Source of the DNA: an uncultured Chloroflexia bacterium
GTDB lineage: Bacteria > Chloroflexota > Dehalococcoidia > DSTF01 > JACRBR01
NCBI GenBank assembly: GCA_963843685.1
Contig: CAWJLO010000009.1
Coordinates: forward strand, 11,155-75,154
Direction of reading: 5' to 3'
Length of the DNA: 64,000 bases
In this document: positions 12,177 through 21,415 of the stretch, piece after piece
Position numbering within the stretch: position 1 is the first letter of the stretch
How the letters are laid out: every line of letters begins with the position of its first letter
The notes under the pieces: generated by a model
What the model saw: only the letters and a program-made list of their open reading frames with translations
What the model was told of the DNA's origin: nothing
Database searches by the model: none
Program-made: the position numbers and the translations under genes

Positions 12177-13158
12177 GGGCAGCACCTCCGCCGGCGGCGG
12201 CAGGCTCCACGTCGAACAGCTCCTCAAGGCGACGGCGGTTCCGATCCAGGCGGATCAGGCCCATGTCGTGCTCCACGATGCCGTCCCGAATCCAGTCGAA
12301 GACGTTGTCGTCGGCGTGGTGCACGAGCAGGTAGCGGCCGCGCTGCTCGGCAGTGGCGCCGCGTCGGCGCAGATATTCGGCGAGCACGGCGCTATCGCCC
12401 TCGACCTCGACGACGAGATCGCTGGTGGTGGCCGTGAGCTCCGCCATGGGCGCGGAGCGGGCGAGGCGGCCGTCCTCGATCTCGACGAGGTGGTCGCAGA
12501 CGCGCTCGATCTCGCTGAGCAGGTGCGAGGAGAGGATGACGGCGACGCCGAACTCGGTGCCGATGCGGCGAATGAGGACGAGCATCTCGTCGCGGCCCTG
12601 GGGGTCGAGGCCGTTCGTCGGCTCGTCGAGGAGGACGAGGCGCGGGTCGTGCACGAGGGCCTGCGCGAGCTTCACGCGCTGCTTCATGCCGGTGGAGTAG
12701 CCGTTGATCTGGCGGTAGCGGGCCTCGAACAGGCCGACGTGGCGGAGGATCTCCGACGTGCGCTCGCGGGCGGCGGCGCGCGGGAGGCCGCTGATCTGCG
12801 CCATGTGGGAGACGAACTCCGTGCCCGTCGCGTCGGGCGGCAGGCAATCGTGTTCCGGCATGTAGCCGACGAACTGACGCAGGGTGGGGCCGTCGCGGGC
12901 CACGTCCAGCCCCATCACCTGCGCGGAGCCGGAGGTGGGCTCGAGCAGGCCGAGCAGCAGCTTGATGAAGGTGCTCTTGCCGGCGCCGTTCGCGCCGACG
13001 AGGCCGATGATGCCGGGGGCGAGATCCAGGTCGAGGGCGTCGAGGGCGGTGACGGTGCCGTAGCGCTTGGTCAGGCCGCGGGAGACGATCAGCGGCGCGC
13101 TGGGGTCGAGCGACGGCGCCACCGGAGACATCCGTTCTGGTGCGGGGGCGACATCCAT
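12169..13158 (-). CDS. ABC transporter ATP-binding protein
   Basis: GANGAGKST, YSTGMKQR, LVLLDEPT. Confidence 0.92.
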   Translation of the reverse strand: MDVAPAPERMSPVAPSLDPSAPLIVSRGLTKRYGTVTALDALDLDLAPGIIGLVGANGAGKSTFIKLLLGLLEPTSGSAQVMGLDVARDGPTLRQFVGYMPEHDCLPPDATGTEFVSHMAQISGLPRAAARERTSEILRHVGLFEARYRQINGYSTGMKQRVKLAQALVHDPRLVLLDEPTNGLDPQGRDEMLVLIRRIGTEFGVAVILSSHLLSEIERVCDHLVEIEDGRLARSAPMAELTATTSDLVVEVEGDSAVLAEYLRRRGATAEQRGRYLLVHHADDNVFDWIRDGIVEHDMGLIRLDRNRRRLEELFDVEPAAAGGGAARG

Positions 13159-13250
13159 AGATCCTCTGTCCAACCGGCTGGCTACACGCAGAGTCTATTG
13201 GAAAAAGGGTGGCCGATGCACCGATGGGATGCGCTGCCGATGAACGCCGG

Positions 13251-14187
13251 CTACCACCAGATCTTGTCTTCGATGTCGCTCGGGAGGTCCTTGTAGTCGG
13301 TGGTCCAGAGCTGGGTGCTGAGGTACTTCCAGCCGGCGTCGGCGAAGAGGCAGACGATGTTGCCGGCGTCCAGGCGCTCGGCGACGCGCTGGGCGGTCTT
13401 GACGACCGCGCCGGCGGAGATGCCGGCGAAGATGCCTTCTTTCTGCGTCAGCTCTTTCGATGACGCGAAGGAGGTGTGGGAATCGACGACGATCTTGCCG
13501 TCGAGGATGCTCTCGTCGAGGACGGGCGGGATGAAGCCTTCTTCCAGGCTGCGCAGGCCCTGCACGAGATCGCCAGGGTGCGGGACGGCGGCGACGATCT
13601 TCACGCCGGGCTTCTTCTCCTTGAGGTAGCGGCCGGTGCCGGTGAGCGTGCCTCCCGGTGCCCATGCCGGCGACGAAGACGTCGATCTCGGGCAGGTCGC
13701 GCAGGATCTCCGGGCCGGTGGTCTCGTAGTGGGCGCGGGGGTTCATCTCGTTGCCGTACTGGTACGGCATGAAGTAGGCGGGGTCTTCGGCGGCGATCTG
13801 GTTGGCCATCTCGATACTGCCGTTGGTGCCGCGGACGCCGTCCGAGTAGACGATCTCGGCGCCGAACGCCGTGAGCAGCTCGGTGCGCTCGGCGCTGACG
13901 CTCTCCGGGATTACGACCTTCAGACGGTAGCCCTTGATGCGGCAGATCATGGCGAGCGAGATGCCGGTGTTGCCGGACGTCGGCTCGAGGACGATGCGGT
14001 CCTTCGTGAGGACGCCGCGACGCTCGGCGTCCTCGATCATGTACTTCGCGATGCGATCCTTGACGCTGCCGCTGGGGTTCTGGCCCTCGAGCTTTGCGTA
14101 CAGGTGGACGCCGGGCTTCGGGCTCATCCGCGTCATCTCGACGAGGGGGGTGTTACCGATGGCGTCGATGAGGTTCTCGTACAGCAT
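13251..14187 (-). CDS. cysM: Cysteine synthase, CysM type (likely CysO-thiocarboxylate dependent); frameshift ~13655
   Basis: IGNTPLV, NPSGSVKDR (PLP Lys), EPTSGNTG, GMGTGGT across an extra G, ADAGWKYLST and extended C-terminal ...KIWW; near cysO. Confidence 0.85.
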
Positions 14188-14189
14188 GG

Positions 14190-14603
14190 CTATCGCGGCC
14201 CCGCCTGCCAGACGCCGATGACGTTTCCGGCTGGGTCGCGGAACGTCGCGATCCAGAGTTCACCCTCCGGGTAAGGGGCGCGGACGATCTCGCCGCCGTT
14301 CGCCTCGATCTTCGCGACGGTGTCGTCGATGCGGTCGACGTAGACGTAGGGGAGCACGCCGGGATCGCGCGAGATGGCGTGGCCGGTGATGAAGGCGCCG
14401 ATCAGGTCGCCGCTCGTGTCGGCGAACGAGCGATGCGCGGGGTTCTGGTCGTCGCGGCTGCTCCAGCCGAAGACGGCGGTGTAGAAGGCGGCCGAGCGGT
14501 CGACGTCGAGCGCGGGGATCTGGACGTAGGAGAGCTTGCCGTTGCGCGCGAGCTGTACGTCTACGCCGTTGACGGTCTCCCCCTGTGTCGTGGCCTCGCT
14601 CAT
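14190..14603 (-). CDS. VOC/glyoxalase-bleomycin resistance family protein
   Basis: DVDRSAAFYTAVFGW, KIEANGGEIV, FRDPAGNVIGVWQ. Confidence 0.88.
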   Translation of the reverse strand: MSEATTQGETVNGVDVQLARNGKLSYVQIPALDVDRSAAFYTAVFGWSSRDDQNPAHRSFADTSGDLIGAFITGHAISRDPGVLPYVYVDRIDDTVAKIEANGGEIVRAPYPEGELWIATFRDPAGNVIGVWQAGPR

Positions 14604-14622
14604 GCTCGCGTCTCCAGTCCGG

Positions 14623-14892
14623 CTAGCCGCCGGCCAGCGCCGGGAGGATGGAGATGGTGTCGCCGTCCTTCACGCGCGTGTCGAGCTGGTCGAGGTACCG
14701 GATGTCCTCGTCGTTCAGGTAGATGTTGACGAAGCGATGCAGGTGGCCCTCCTGCATGATCTGCTGCTTGAAGCCGGGGTACGACGTGTCCAGGTTCGAG
14801 AGCAGCTCGGCGACGGTTCCGCCGTCTCCCTCGACGACCTTGGCGCCGGTCACCTTCTGCAGCACCGATGTCACTTTTACCTTGACGGCCAT
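14623..14892 (-). CDS. cysO: MoaD/ThiS/CysO ubiquitin-like sulfur carrier
   Basis: 89 aa, HRFVNIYLNDEDIRYL...DGDTISILPALAGG-stop (free C-terminal GG). Confidence 0.88.
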   Translation of the reverse strand: MAVKVKVTSVLQKVTGAKVVEGDGGTVAELLSNLDTSYPGFKQQIMQEGHLHRFVNIYLNDEDIRYLDQLDTRVKDGDTISILPALAGG

Positions 14893-14931
14893 GTGTGTCC
14901 CCTGTCCGCACTCAGTGGTTCGTAGTTCCGG

Positions 14932-16110
14932 TCAGACCTGCGCCTTGTCGCGAACGGCCTTCGCGGCGTCCATCGCCTTCTGCTCTTCCTCGTTCGTGTG
15001 GCCGAAGGCGCCGCCGCAGAACGCCTCGTAGTCGATGAGCTCCGTCACCGTGGGCTCTTCGCCGCAGAGGACGCAGTGCGGGTCGCGACGGATGCGCACC
15101 TGGCGGAACTCCATGGCGAGTGCGTCGTACAGCAGCAGGCGGCCGTGCAGCGAGTCGCCGACGCCGAGGATGAGCTTCAGCACTTCCGTCGCCTGGATCG
15201 TGCCGACCGTGCCGCAGAGCGCACCGAGCACGCCCGCTTCCGCGCAGCTCGGCACCATGCCGGGAGGCGGCGGGGAGGGGTAGAGGCAGCGGTAGCAGCC
15301 CTGTCCGGGCAGGTACACCGTCACCTGACCCTCGAAGAGCAGGATCGAGCCATCGACCAGCGGCTTCTTCAGGAAGTGGCAGGCGTCGTTGACGAGATAG
15401 CGCGCGGCGAAGTTGTCGGCGCCGTTGATGACGTAGTCGTATGGCTTGATGATCTCGAAGGCGTTGTCCGACGTAATCGGCACCTGGTAGGTCACGACTT
15501 CGACGTCCGGGTTGTAGGCGTTGATGGTCTCCTTTGCGGAGATGGCCTTCGACTTGCCGATGTCGGCGTTCTGGTGGAGGATCTGGCGCTGCAGGTTCGA
15601 GATGTCGACCGTGTCGAAGTCGACGACGCCGATCTTGCCGATGCCGGCGAGCGCGAGATAGACGGCGATGGGCGAGCCGAGGCCGCCGGCGCCGATGATG
15701 AGCACGCTGGACTCCATGATCTTGCGCTGCCCGGAAGGGCCGACCTGCGGCATGATGATGTGGCGCGAGTACCGGTTCACCTGCTCTGCCGTAAGCGCGC
15801 CGATGCGCTTTCGCTCGGGCTCGTCGCCTGAGCCGCCGGCCATGGCCGGGATCACGGCGACTTCGTCGCCGTCGTTGAGCTTCGTCGTCACGCCGTCGAG
15901 GGCGCTGATCTCCGTCTTGTTCACGTAGATGTTGATGTGGCGGGGCACCTCCGTGCCGCCCGCGCCGAAGACGAGGTCACGGAAGCCGGGGAACTGTTTG
16001 TCCAGGTTGGCAAGCACCTCGGCGACGTCGCTGCCCTCGGCGGTGACGTGCTGGCGGTTGCCGGCGAACTTCCGGAACGGCGTGGGGATGTAGACGGAGA
16101 CGGCGGGCAT
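14932..16110 (-). CDS. moeB: Fusion of MoaD/ubiquitin-like domain and MoeB/ThiF E1-like adenylyltransferase
   Basis: N-terminal beta-grasp ending IPAMAGG (15832-15837) reads through into RYSRHIIMPQVG, GAGGLGSP, DFDTVDISNLQRQ, CYRCLY, SCAEAG, CVLC; no rhodanese domain. Confidence 0.88.
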   Translation of the reverse strand: MPAVSVYIPTPFRKFAGNRQHVTAEGSDVAEVLANLDKQFPGFRDLVFGAGGTEVPRHINIYVNKTEISALDGVTTKLNDGDEVAVIPAMAGGSGDEPERKRIGALTAEQVNRYSRHIIMPQVGPSGQRKIMESSVLIIGAGGLGSPIAVYLALAGIGKIGVVDFDTVDISNLQRQILHQNADIGKSKAISAKETINAYNPDVEVVTYQVPITSDNAFEIIKPYDYVINGADNFAARYLVNDACHFLKKPLVDGSILLFEGQVTVYLPGQGCYRCLYPSPPPPGMVPSCAEAGVLGALCGTVGTIQATEVLKLILGVGDSLHGRLLLYDALAMEFRQVRIRRDPHCVLCGEEPTVTELIDYEAFCGGAFGHTNEEEQKAMDAAKAVRDKAQV

Positions 16111-16252
16111 TGCGCTCCCTCCGGAGTACGGCGAACGGCGGCTCATCTCGTCAATGACGCCGGTCGTGCGGTCGATGTGCAGATGTCCGTGTTCCATTAT
16201 TCCCTGTCCATTCCCCATGCGGATCGAAATCGTACCGAGACTCGCTAGTTAT

Positions 16253-17197
16253 TTACAAGTTAACACTCAGGTAGCGCTCACCGGTGTCGCAGAGCATCGT
16301 CACGACGCGCTTACCGGCGCCGAGCTTCTTCGCGACGGCGATCGACGCCCAGACGTTGGCGCCGGCGCTGATGCCGACGAGCAATCCCTCTTCGCGCGTG
16401 AGCCGCGCGGCCATCGCGAAGGCGTCCTCGTCCTTCACCTGGATCAGCTCATCGCAGACATCGCGGTTGAGCACGCCGGGCACGAAGCTGGCGCCGATGC
16501 CCTGGATGCCGTGGATGCCGGCTTTGCCGCCCGCCAGCACGGGCGATCGCGACGGCTCGACAGCGACGACGTGCACACTGCCCAGCTCCTGCTTCAGCAC
16601 CTCGCCGACGCCGGTCACGGTGCCGCCGGTGCCCACGCCAGCAACGAATGCATCGAGGCGGCCGGCGGTGTCGCGCAGGATCTCGCGCGCGGTTGTCTCG
16701 CGATGCGCCTCAGGGTTGGCGGCGTTGTTGAACTGCTGCGGCATGAAGTAGCGGTGTTTCTCGACCAGTTCCTGCGCGGCGTACACGGCGCCGCTCATCC
16801 CCTCGATGGCCGGCGTCAGGACGAGCTGGGCGCCGAACCGCGTGAGCAGGCGGCGCCGCTCGACGCTCATGTCCTCAGGCATGGTGAGGATGAGCTTGTA
16901 GCCCTTCACCGCCGCGACCATCGCGAGACCGATACCGGTGTTACCGGAGGTCGGCTCGACGATGGTGTCGCCGGGCTTGAGCGCGCCGTCGCGTTCGGCC
17001 GCCTCGATCATCGAGAGGGCGATGCGGTCCTTCACGCTGCCGGCGGGGTTGAGCGACTCCATCTTGCCGAGCACCTCCGCGGCGCCTTCGGGCACGACGC
17101 GGTTCAGGCGCACGAGCGGCGTCGAGCCGACGAGGTCGAGCACGCTTTCGGCGATGCCGGCTTCTCGCTGCAGGCGGATCTTCGCGCTAGATGGCAT
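16253..17197 (-). CDS. cysK: Cysteine synthase A (O-acetylserine sulfhydrylase)
   Basis: VGSTPLVRL, NPAGSVKDR, EPTSGNTG, GVGTGGT, HGIQGIGA, DTGERYLS. Confidence 0.93.
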   Translation of the reverse strand: MPSSAKIRLQREAGIAESVLDLVGSTPLVRLNRVVPEGAAEVLGKMESLNPAGSVKDRIALSMIEAAERDGALKPGDTIVEPTSGNTGIGLAMVAAVKGYKLILTMPEDMSVERRRLLTRFGAQLVLTPAIEGMSGAVYAAQELVEKHRYFMPQQFNNAANPEAHRETTAREILRDTAGRLDAFVAGVGTGGTVTGVGEVLKQELGSVHVVAVEPSRSPVLAGGKAGIHGIQGIGASFVPGVLNRDVCDELIQVKDEDAFAMAARLTREEGLLVGISAGANVWASIAVAKKLGAGKRVVTMLCDTGERYLSVNL

Positions 17198-17615
17198 AGC
17201 GGGCACCCGTGGCATCGTACTCGCGCTCACGCGCGGCCAGGTCGGCGATGGTGACGCCATCCAGGATCTTGCACGTCGCCTCCTCCACCTCGTGCCAGAC
17301 TTCGTGCGCGGCGCGGCACTGGTGGCCCTCGTCGTGGAGGTGGGAGACGGGCGACAGTGAGCCCTCGAGCGTGCGGATGACGTCGCTCAGGCGGATCTCG
17401 TCGGGCCGGCGGATGAGCGCGTGGCCGCCCTGCGGGCCGCGGACGCTGCGGATGAAGCCGGCCTTGCGGAGGGTCGTCAGCAGTTGGTCCAGGTAGGGCT
17501 CCGGGATGCGCTGGCGCGCGGCGATCGTGGCGCTCTGGACTGTGCCCTCACCGTAGTGGTGGGCCAGCTCGATGAGGGCGCGGACGCCGTAGTCACCCTT
17601 GGTTGAGATGCGCAT
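17187..17615 (-). CDS. Rrf2 family transcriptional regulator, CymR-like
   Basis: MRISTKGDYGVRAL, YLDQLLTTLRKAGFIRSVRGPQGG; lacks the 3-Cys Fe-S motif; ends ...RYAI. Confidence 0.88.
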   Translation of the reverse strand: MRISTKGDYGVRALIELAHHYGEGTVQSATIAARQRIPEPYLDQLLTTLRKAGFIRSVRGPQGGHALIRRPDEIRLSDVIRTLEGSLSPVSHLHDEGHQCRAAHEVWHEVEEATCKILDGVTIADLAAREREYDATGARYAI

Positions 17616-17642
17616 TTTGAATCTGTCTGCCGAGGTTGTCCT

Positions 17643-17696
17643 GAAAGTTAAGCGATTACATCAACAATTATAGCGAGGGGGTCAAGGGGGGTGCAA
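17643..17696 (-). promoter_or_regulatory. Sigma70-type promoter (TTGCAC-N18-TATAAT) with adjacent 24-bp putative operator
   Basis: -35 at 17696-17691, -10 at 17672-17667; motif GAAAGTTAAGCGATTACATCAACA (17643-17666) shared with sir promoter. Confidence 0.65.
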
Positions 17697-17750
17697 GGGG
17701 GTGGGGGAGGGTTCGAAAGGTTGGAGGCGGGCAGAACACGCAAGTTCGTC

Positions 17751-18161
17751 TCAGAACAGCGGATCCAGTTCAACCTGACCTTCTCGAATCGCCACGACTA
17801 GCCGGAAGTCAGCCAACAGATCCATGCCGAGCACGGGGCCCAGTCGATGATCCGGTTGCACCGGCACCGCCACCCAAATCGGAAACGGGCGCAACGGAGG
17901 GTTGGCGTGGGAGAAGGCGATTGCAGCCCGGACCCGAGCGTAGTCCTGCGAGCCGCCGATGCCGACGCCGCGGACACGCCTGGAAGAGGTCAGAAGCGGG
18001 GCTGAATCCGCGCCCAACGCGTCGAAGATCGAGCGCGGAAGGATGGTCAGGTGTGAGCCGGTGTCAACGAGCAGTTCCACGACCACCGATCCCGCCGTGC
18101 CGGGGAGCGATACGTCAGCCCTGACGAAGGGTTGCTGGTCACGGACGAACCCGCGAATCAA
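17751..18161 (-). CDS. Retropepsin-like (clan AA) aspartic protease
   Basis: LLVDTGS catalytic motif, GVGIGG flap, VLGMDLL motif. Confidence 0.8.
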   Translation of the reverse strand: MIRGFVRDQQPFVRADVSLPGTAGSVVVELLVDTGSHLTILPRSIFDALGADSAPLLTSSRRVRGVGIGGSQDYARVRAAIAFSHANPPLRPFPIWVAVPVQPDHRLGPVLGMDLLADFRLVVAIREGQVELDPLF

Positions 18162-18424
18162 GGGGTGCGATACGGCCCCGACCCCGGGTAACGCTGCACC
18201 AATACTTCGCCCAGTCCGATGCCTCTGGCGCGCAGATCGCGAGTGACCTCGTCAGGATCAGCGGAGTGAATGAGCTCACCACGGACGATCACGAACCAGT
18301 GGTCGGGCCAGCGCAGCATCAATTCGTCGAAGAGCGCGTACTCGCGGGCGAGTTCCGCCTCAGTGATCTCGGTATCGGCTTTGCGGTCGATCGTCATCGC
18401 CTTCATCATACGCCCGCTGGCCAT
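18158..18424 (-). CDS. Small DUF5678-like protein paired with aspartic protease
   Basis: EYALFDELMLRWPDHWFVIVRGELIHSADPDE pattern; 4-nt overlap with protease. Confidence 0.55.
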   Translation of the reverse strand: MASGRMMKAMTIDRKADTEITEAELAREYALFDELMLRWPDHWFVIVRGELIHSADPDEVTRDLRARGIGLGEVLVQRYPGSGPYRTP

Positions 18425-18439
18425 GCGCGGGTCAACCCG

Positions 18440-19573
18440 TCACGCGAAGAGCAGGATGAGGGGGATGACGAAGATGACGCCGAGGAAGAGGGCGAAGCCG
18501 CGGCGGCTGCCGGTGGCGCGGTTGGCGGCGGCGAGGATGAGCTCGCGGAAGGGGTCGAAGACGAAGACGAGGATGAGGGTCGAGACGGCGAGGACGGCGA
18601 CCATCTCGCTGAAGATGATGGTGAACGCGCGGGGCGCGTCGAGCAGGAGGGTGACGAAGAGCTTGTCGACGAAGGTGCCGATCTGGGCGCCCATGACGTA
18701 GGGGATGATGTACTTGCGGCGGACGATGCCCTTCATGGAGAGGGGCACGAGGATGGTGAGCGAGACAGCGACCGAAACCGTGAGCACGGTGATGGCGATG
18801 CCGAGGACGAACATCGTGAACTTCTGGTGGAAGAACTCGACGACGCGCTGGAAGCGGGCGTCGGTCGACTCCAGCGTGGGGAGGGCGGCGTCGAACAACT
18901 TGAGCGAGACGACGGCGGCGACGACGCCGGCGGCGAAGAGGCCGAGCAGGGGGAGGAAGCCGTCGAAGAAGTCGACGGCCGGTGCGTAGGCGTCGTTGAC
19001 GCCCTTGATGAGGCCCGGCGAGCCGAAGCGCACGCCGTCAAACCAACCGCTCTTGAGGAACAGGTAGCCGAGCGGGATGCCGAGCGCGTAGACGGCGGCC
19101 GTGGTCATGAGCGCGACGGCACCGATGTAGAGGCCGTCCGGCTCGCGGCGGCCACGGACGTAGTAGAGGAAGCCGACGAAGAGGACGATGAAGGACGCGC
19201 CGAGACGGCCGCCACTGATCATGAAGAAGGTCTCGGTGTCGGTGAGGACGCCGCGGCTGAAGAGCGTGAGCGCGACGGAGGCGACGGGCGAGCCGCTGCC
19301 GAGGATGTAGGCGTTGAGCCAGCCGAAGCCGATGTAGTTGACGGCGCCGTGGACGCTGAGGGCGTCGAGGATCGGCGTGATGCCGGTGGCGCCGCGCTTC
19401 ATGAGCTGGAGCGAGAGGATGAAGAGGGCGAGCGCGACGAAGACGGCGGCGAGCCGACGTACGAGCCGGTAGCTCAGCACCAGCCGCGGCACGCGCGGGA
19501 CGGGGATGGCGAGATCGCCGTCGAGCGCGGGGGCGACGGGGACGGCCGGGCGCGCGGGGCCCGCTTCCATCAC
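18440..19573 (-). CDS. Na+/Pi-cotransporter-like membrane protein
   Basis: About 10 TM segments, two internal repeats with [15 protein letters not shown] and GAQIGT motifs; overlaps sat stop. Confidence 0.7.
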   Translation of the reverse strand: MMEAGPARPAVPVAPALDGDLAIPVPRVPRLVLSYRLVRRLAAVFVALALFILSLQLMKRGATGITPILDALSVHGAVNYIGFGWLNAYILGSGSPVASVALTLFSRGVLTDTETFFMISGGRLGASFIVLFVGFLYYVRGRREPDGLYIGAVALMTTAAVYALGIPLGYLFLKSGWFDGVRFGSPGLIKGVNDAYAPAVDFFDGFLPLLGLFAAGVVAAVVSLKLFDAALPTLESTDARFQRVVEFFHQKFTMFVLGIAITVLTVSVAVSLTILVPLSMKGIVRRKYIIPYVMGAQIGTFVDKLFVTLLLDAPRAFTIIFSEMVAVLAVSTLILVFVFDPFRELILAAANRATGSRRGFALFLGVIFVIPLILLFA

Positions 19574-20734
19574 GAGACCTTCGCGCGCTCCGCGGCGATC
19601 AGCACGCGCGCGACTTCGGGCCGGGAGAACTCGTGCGGCGGCTCGATGCCCTGCGAGAGGAACTCGCGCACCTGCGTGCCGGAGAGCGAGACGCGCTCTT
19701 CGGCGCCGTGGGGGCAGGTCTTGCTGGAGGCCATGCCCTCGCAGCGGCGGCAGAAGAACGTGTGCTCGAAGAACAGGGGCGTGATGCCGAGGCGCTGCGG
19801 GTCGAACTCATCGAAGATGCGCTGCGCGTCGTAGGTGCCGTAGTAGCTGCCAACGCCGGCGTGGTCGCGGCCGACGATGAAGTGCGAGCAGCCGTAGTTC
19901 TTGCGCATGATGGCGTGGAAGATGGCCTCGCGCGGGCCGGCGTAGCGCATGGCGGCGGGCAGCACCGAGAGCAGGACGCGGTCCTTCGGGTAGTAGTTGT
20001 CGAGCAGCACCTTGTAGCACTCCATGCGGACGTCGGCGGGAATGTCGTCCGACTTCGTGTCGCCGACGAGGGGGTGGAGGAGGAGTCCGTCGGTGATCTC
20101 CAGCGCGGCCTTCTGGATGTACTCGTGGGCCCGGTGGACGGGGTTGCGTGTCTGGAAGCCGACGACGCGCTTCCATCCGCGGTCGGCGAAGGCAGCGCGG
20201 GTCTGCGCCGGGTCGAGGCGGTACTCCGGGAACGTGGGATTGGCGGGGCGGCGGAACACCTGCAGCGGGCCGCCAGCGAGCAGTTCGTCCTGGGCGTAGA
20301 CGGCGGCGACGCCGGGATGCTTGTCTTCGGTCGTGCGGTAGACCTTCTCGGCCTCGTGCTCCTTGTCGTATTCGAAGACCTCGGCGACCGTCATGACGGC
20401 GAGCGGATTGCCGTCGCCGTCGGTCAGCGCGATGTCACCGTTGTACGCGTTGGCCTGCTCCTTCGAAATGCTGAGCGTGACGGGGATCGACCACGGGAGG
20501 CCGTCCGGCAGAGTGCATGGTGTCGACGACGCTCCTGTACTGGGCCTGCGTCATGAAGCCATCGAGGGGGCTGAAGCCGCCGTTGGCGAGCAGCTCGAGG
20601 TCGGAGAGCTCGCGCGAGTTGAGCATGCGTTGCGGGAGCGAGCGCGCCTTGTCGGCGAGCGCGTTCGTCGCGTCGCCGCGCACCTCGCGCGGGTTGAGCT
20701 TGCCGCCGTGTGGTTCGATCAGTCCGTCGGTCAT
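19570..20734 (-). CDS. sat: Sulfate adenylyltransferase (frameshift ~20512)
   Basis: [58 protein letters not shown]. Confidence 0.93.
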
Positions 20735-20758
20735 TGGGTCATCCGTTTCATATGACGA

Positions 20759-20784
20759 GGGCGGCCACGTGAGGCCGCCCCTAC
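20759..20784 (-). repeat. GTAG-type REP-like palindrome
   Basis: Minus strand GTAGGGGCGGCCTCACGTGGCCGCCC: GTAG tetranucleotide plus GC hairpin in the cysC-sat spacer. Confidence 0.5.
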
Positions 20785-20801
20785 GATTGCGGTCGATCTT
20801 C

Positions 20802-21351
20802 TCAGGCGCTGACAGCGGCGGGGATGTGGCCGAGCTCTTCGAGGCGGGCGATCACCTTGGCGACGCTCTCCTCCAGCTCCTCGAGCTCCGAATCGACGGT
20901 GACCTCCGGATCCAGCGGCTCCTCGTACGGGTCACTGATGCCGGTGAAGTTCTCGATCTCGCCCTTCAACGCCTTCTCGTAGAGGCCCTTGACGTCGCGG
21001 CGGGTGAGCTCCGGGATGGAGCAGCGGACGTAGACCTCGACGAAGTTGCCGACGTTGCGTCGCACTTCGTCGCGGATCTCGCGGTAGGGCGAGATGGCGG
21101 ACGCGAGGACGCAGACGCCGTTGCGGGTGAGGACTTCGGCGACCCAGCCGATGCGGCGGATGTTGGTGTCGCGGTCCTCCTTGCTGAAGCCGAGGCCCTT
21201 GCTCAGGTGCGTGCGCACGACGTCGCCGTCGAGCTTCTCGAGCTTCGCTGACGCCGCGCTCACGCAGCAGCGGCTCGATGGCGTCCGAGATGGTCGTCTT
21301 GCCGGCGCCGGAGAGCCCGGTGAACCAGATCGTGAATCCCTGCTGTTCCAA
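20802..21351 (-). CDS. cysC: Adenylyl-sulfate kinase (frameshift ~21247)
   Basis: [56 protein letters not shown]; TTG start after GAGGAG. Confidence 0.92.
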
Positions 21352-21359
21352 CTGTTTGC

Positions 21360-21404
21360 TCCTCACCCCCGACCCCCTCTCCCCAGGTGCGTGGAGAGGG
21401 GGAG
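21360..21404. repeat. Short palindromic intergenic element (CCCTCTCCC...GGAGAGGG type)
   Basis: CCTCACCCCCGACCCCCTCTCCCCAGGTGCGTGGAGAGGGGG hairpin between cysH and cysC. Confidence 0.5.
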
Positions 21405-21415
21405 CTTGACTCACT

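Noticed and set aside
13640-21260. Programmed frameshifting in cysM, sat and cysC as sulfur regulation
   Set aside because: No slippery heptamers, and identical indel types hit unrelated genes; sequencing error is simpler
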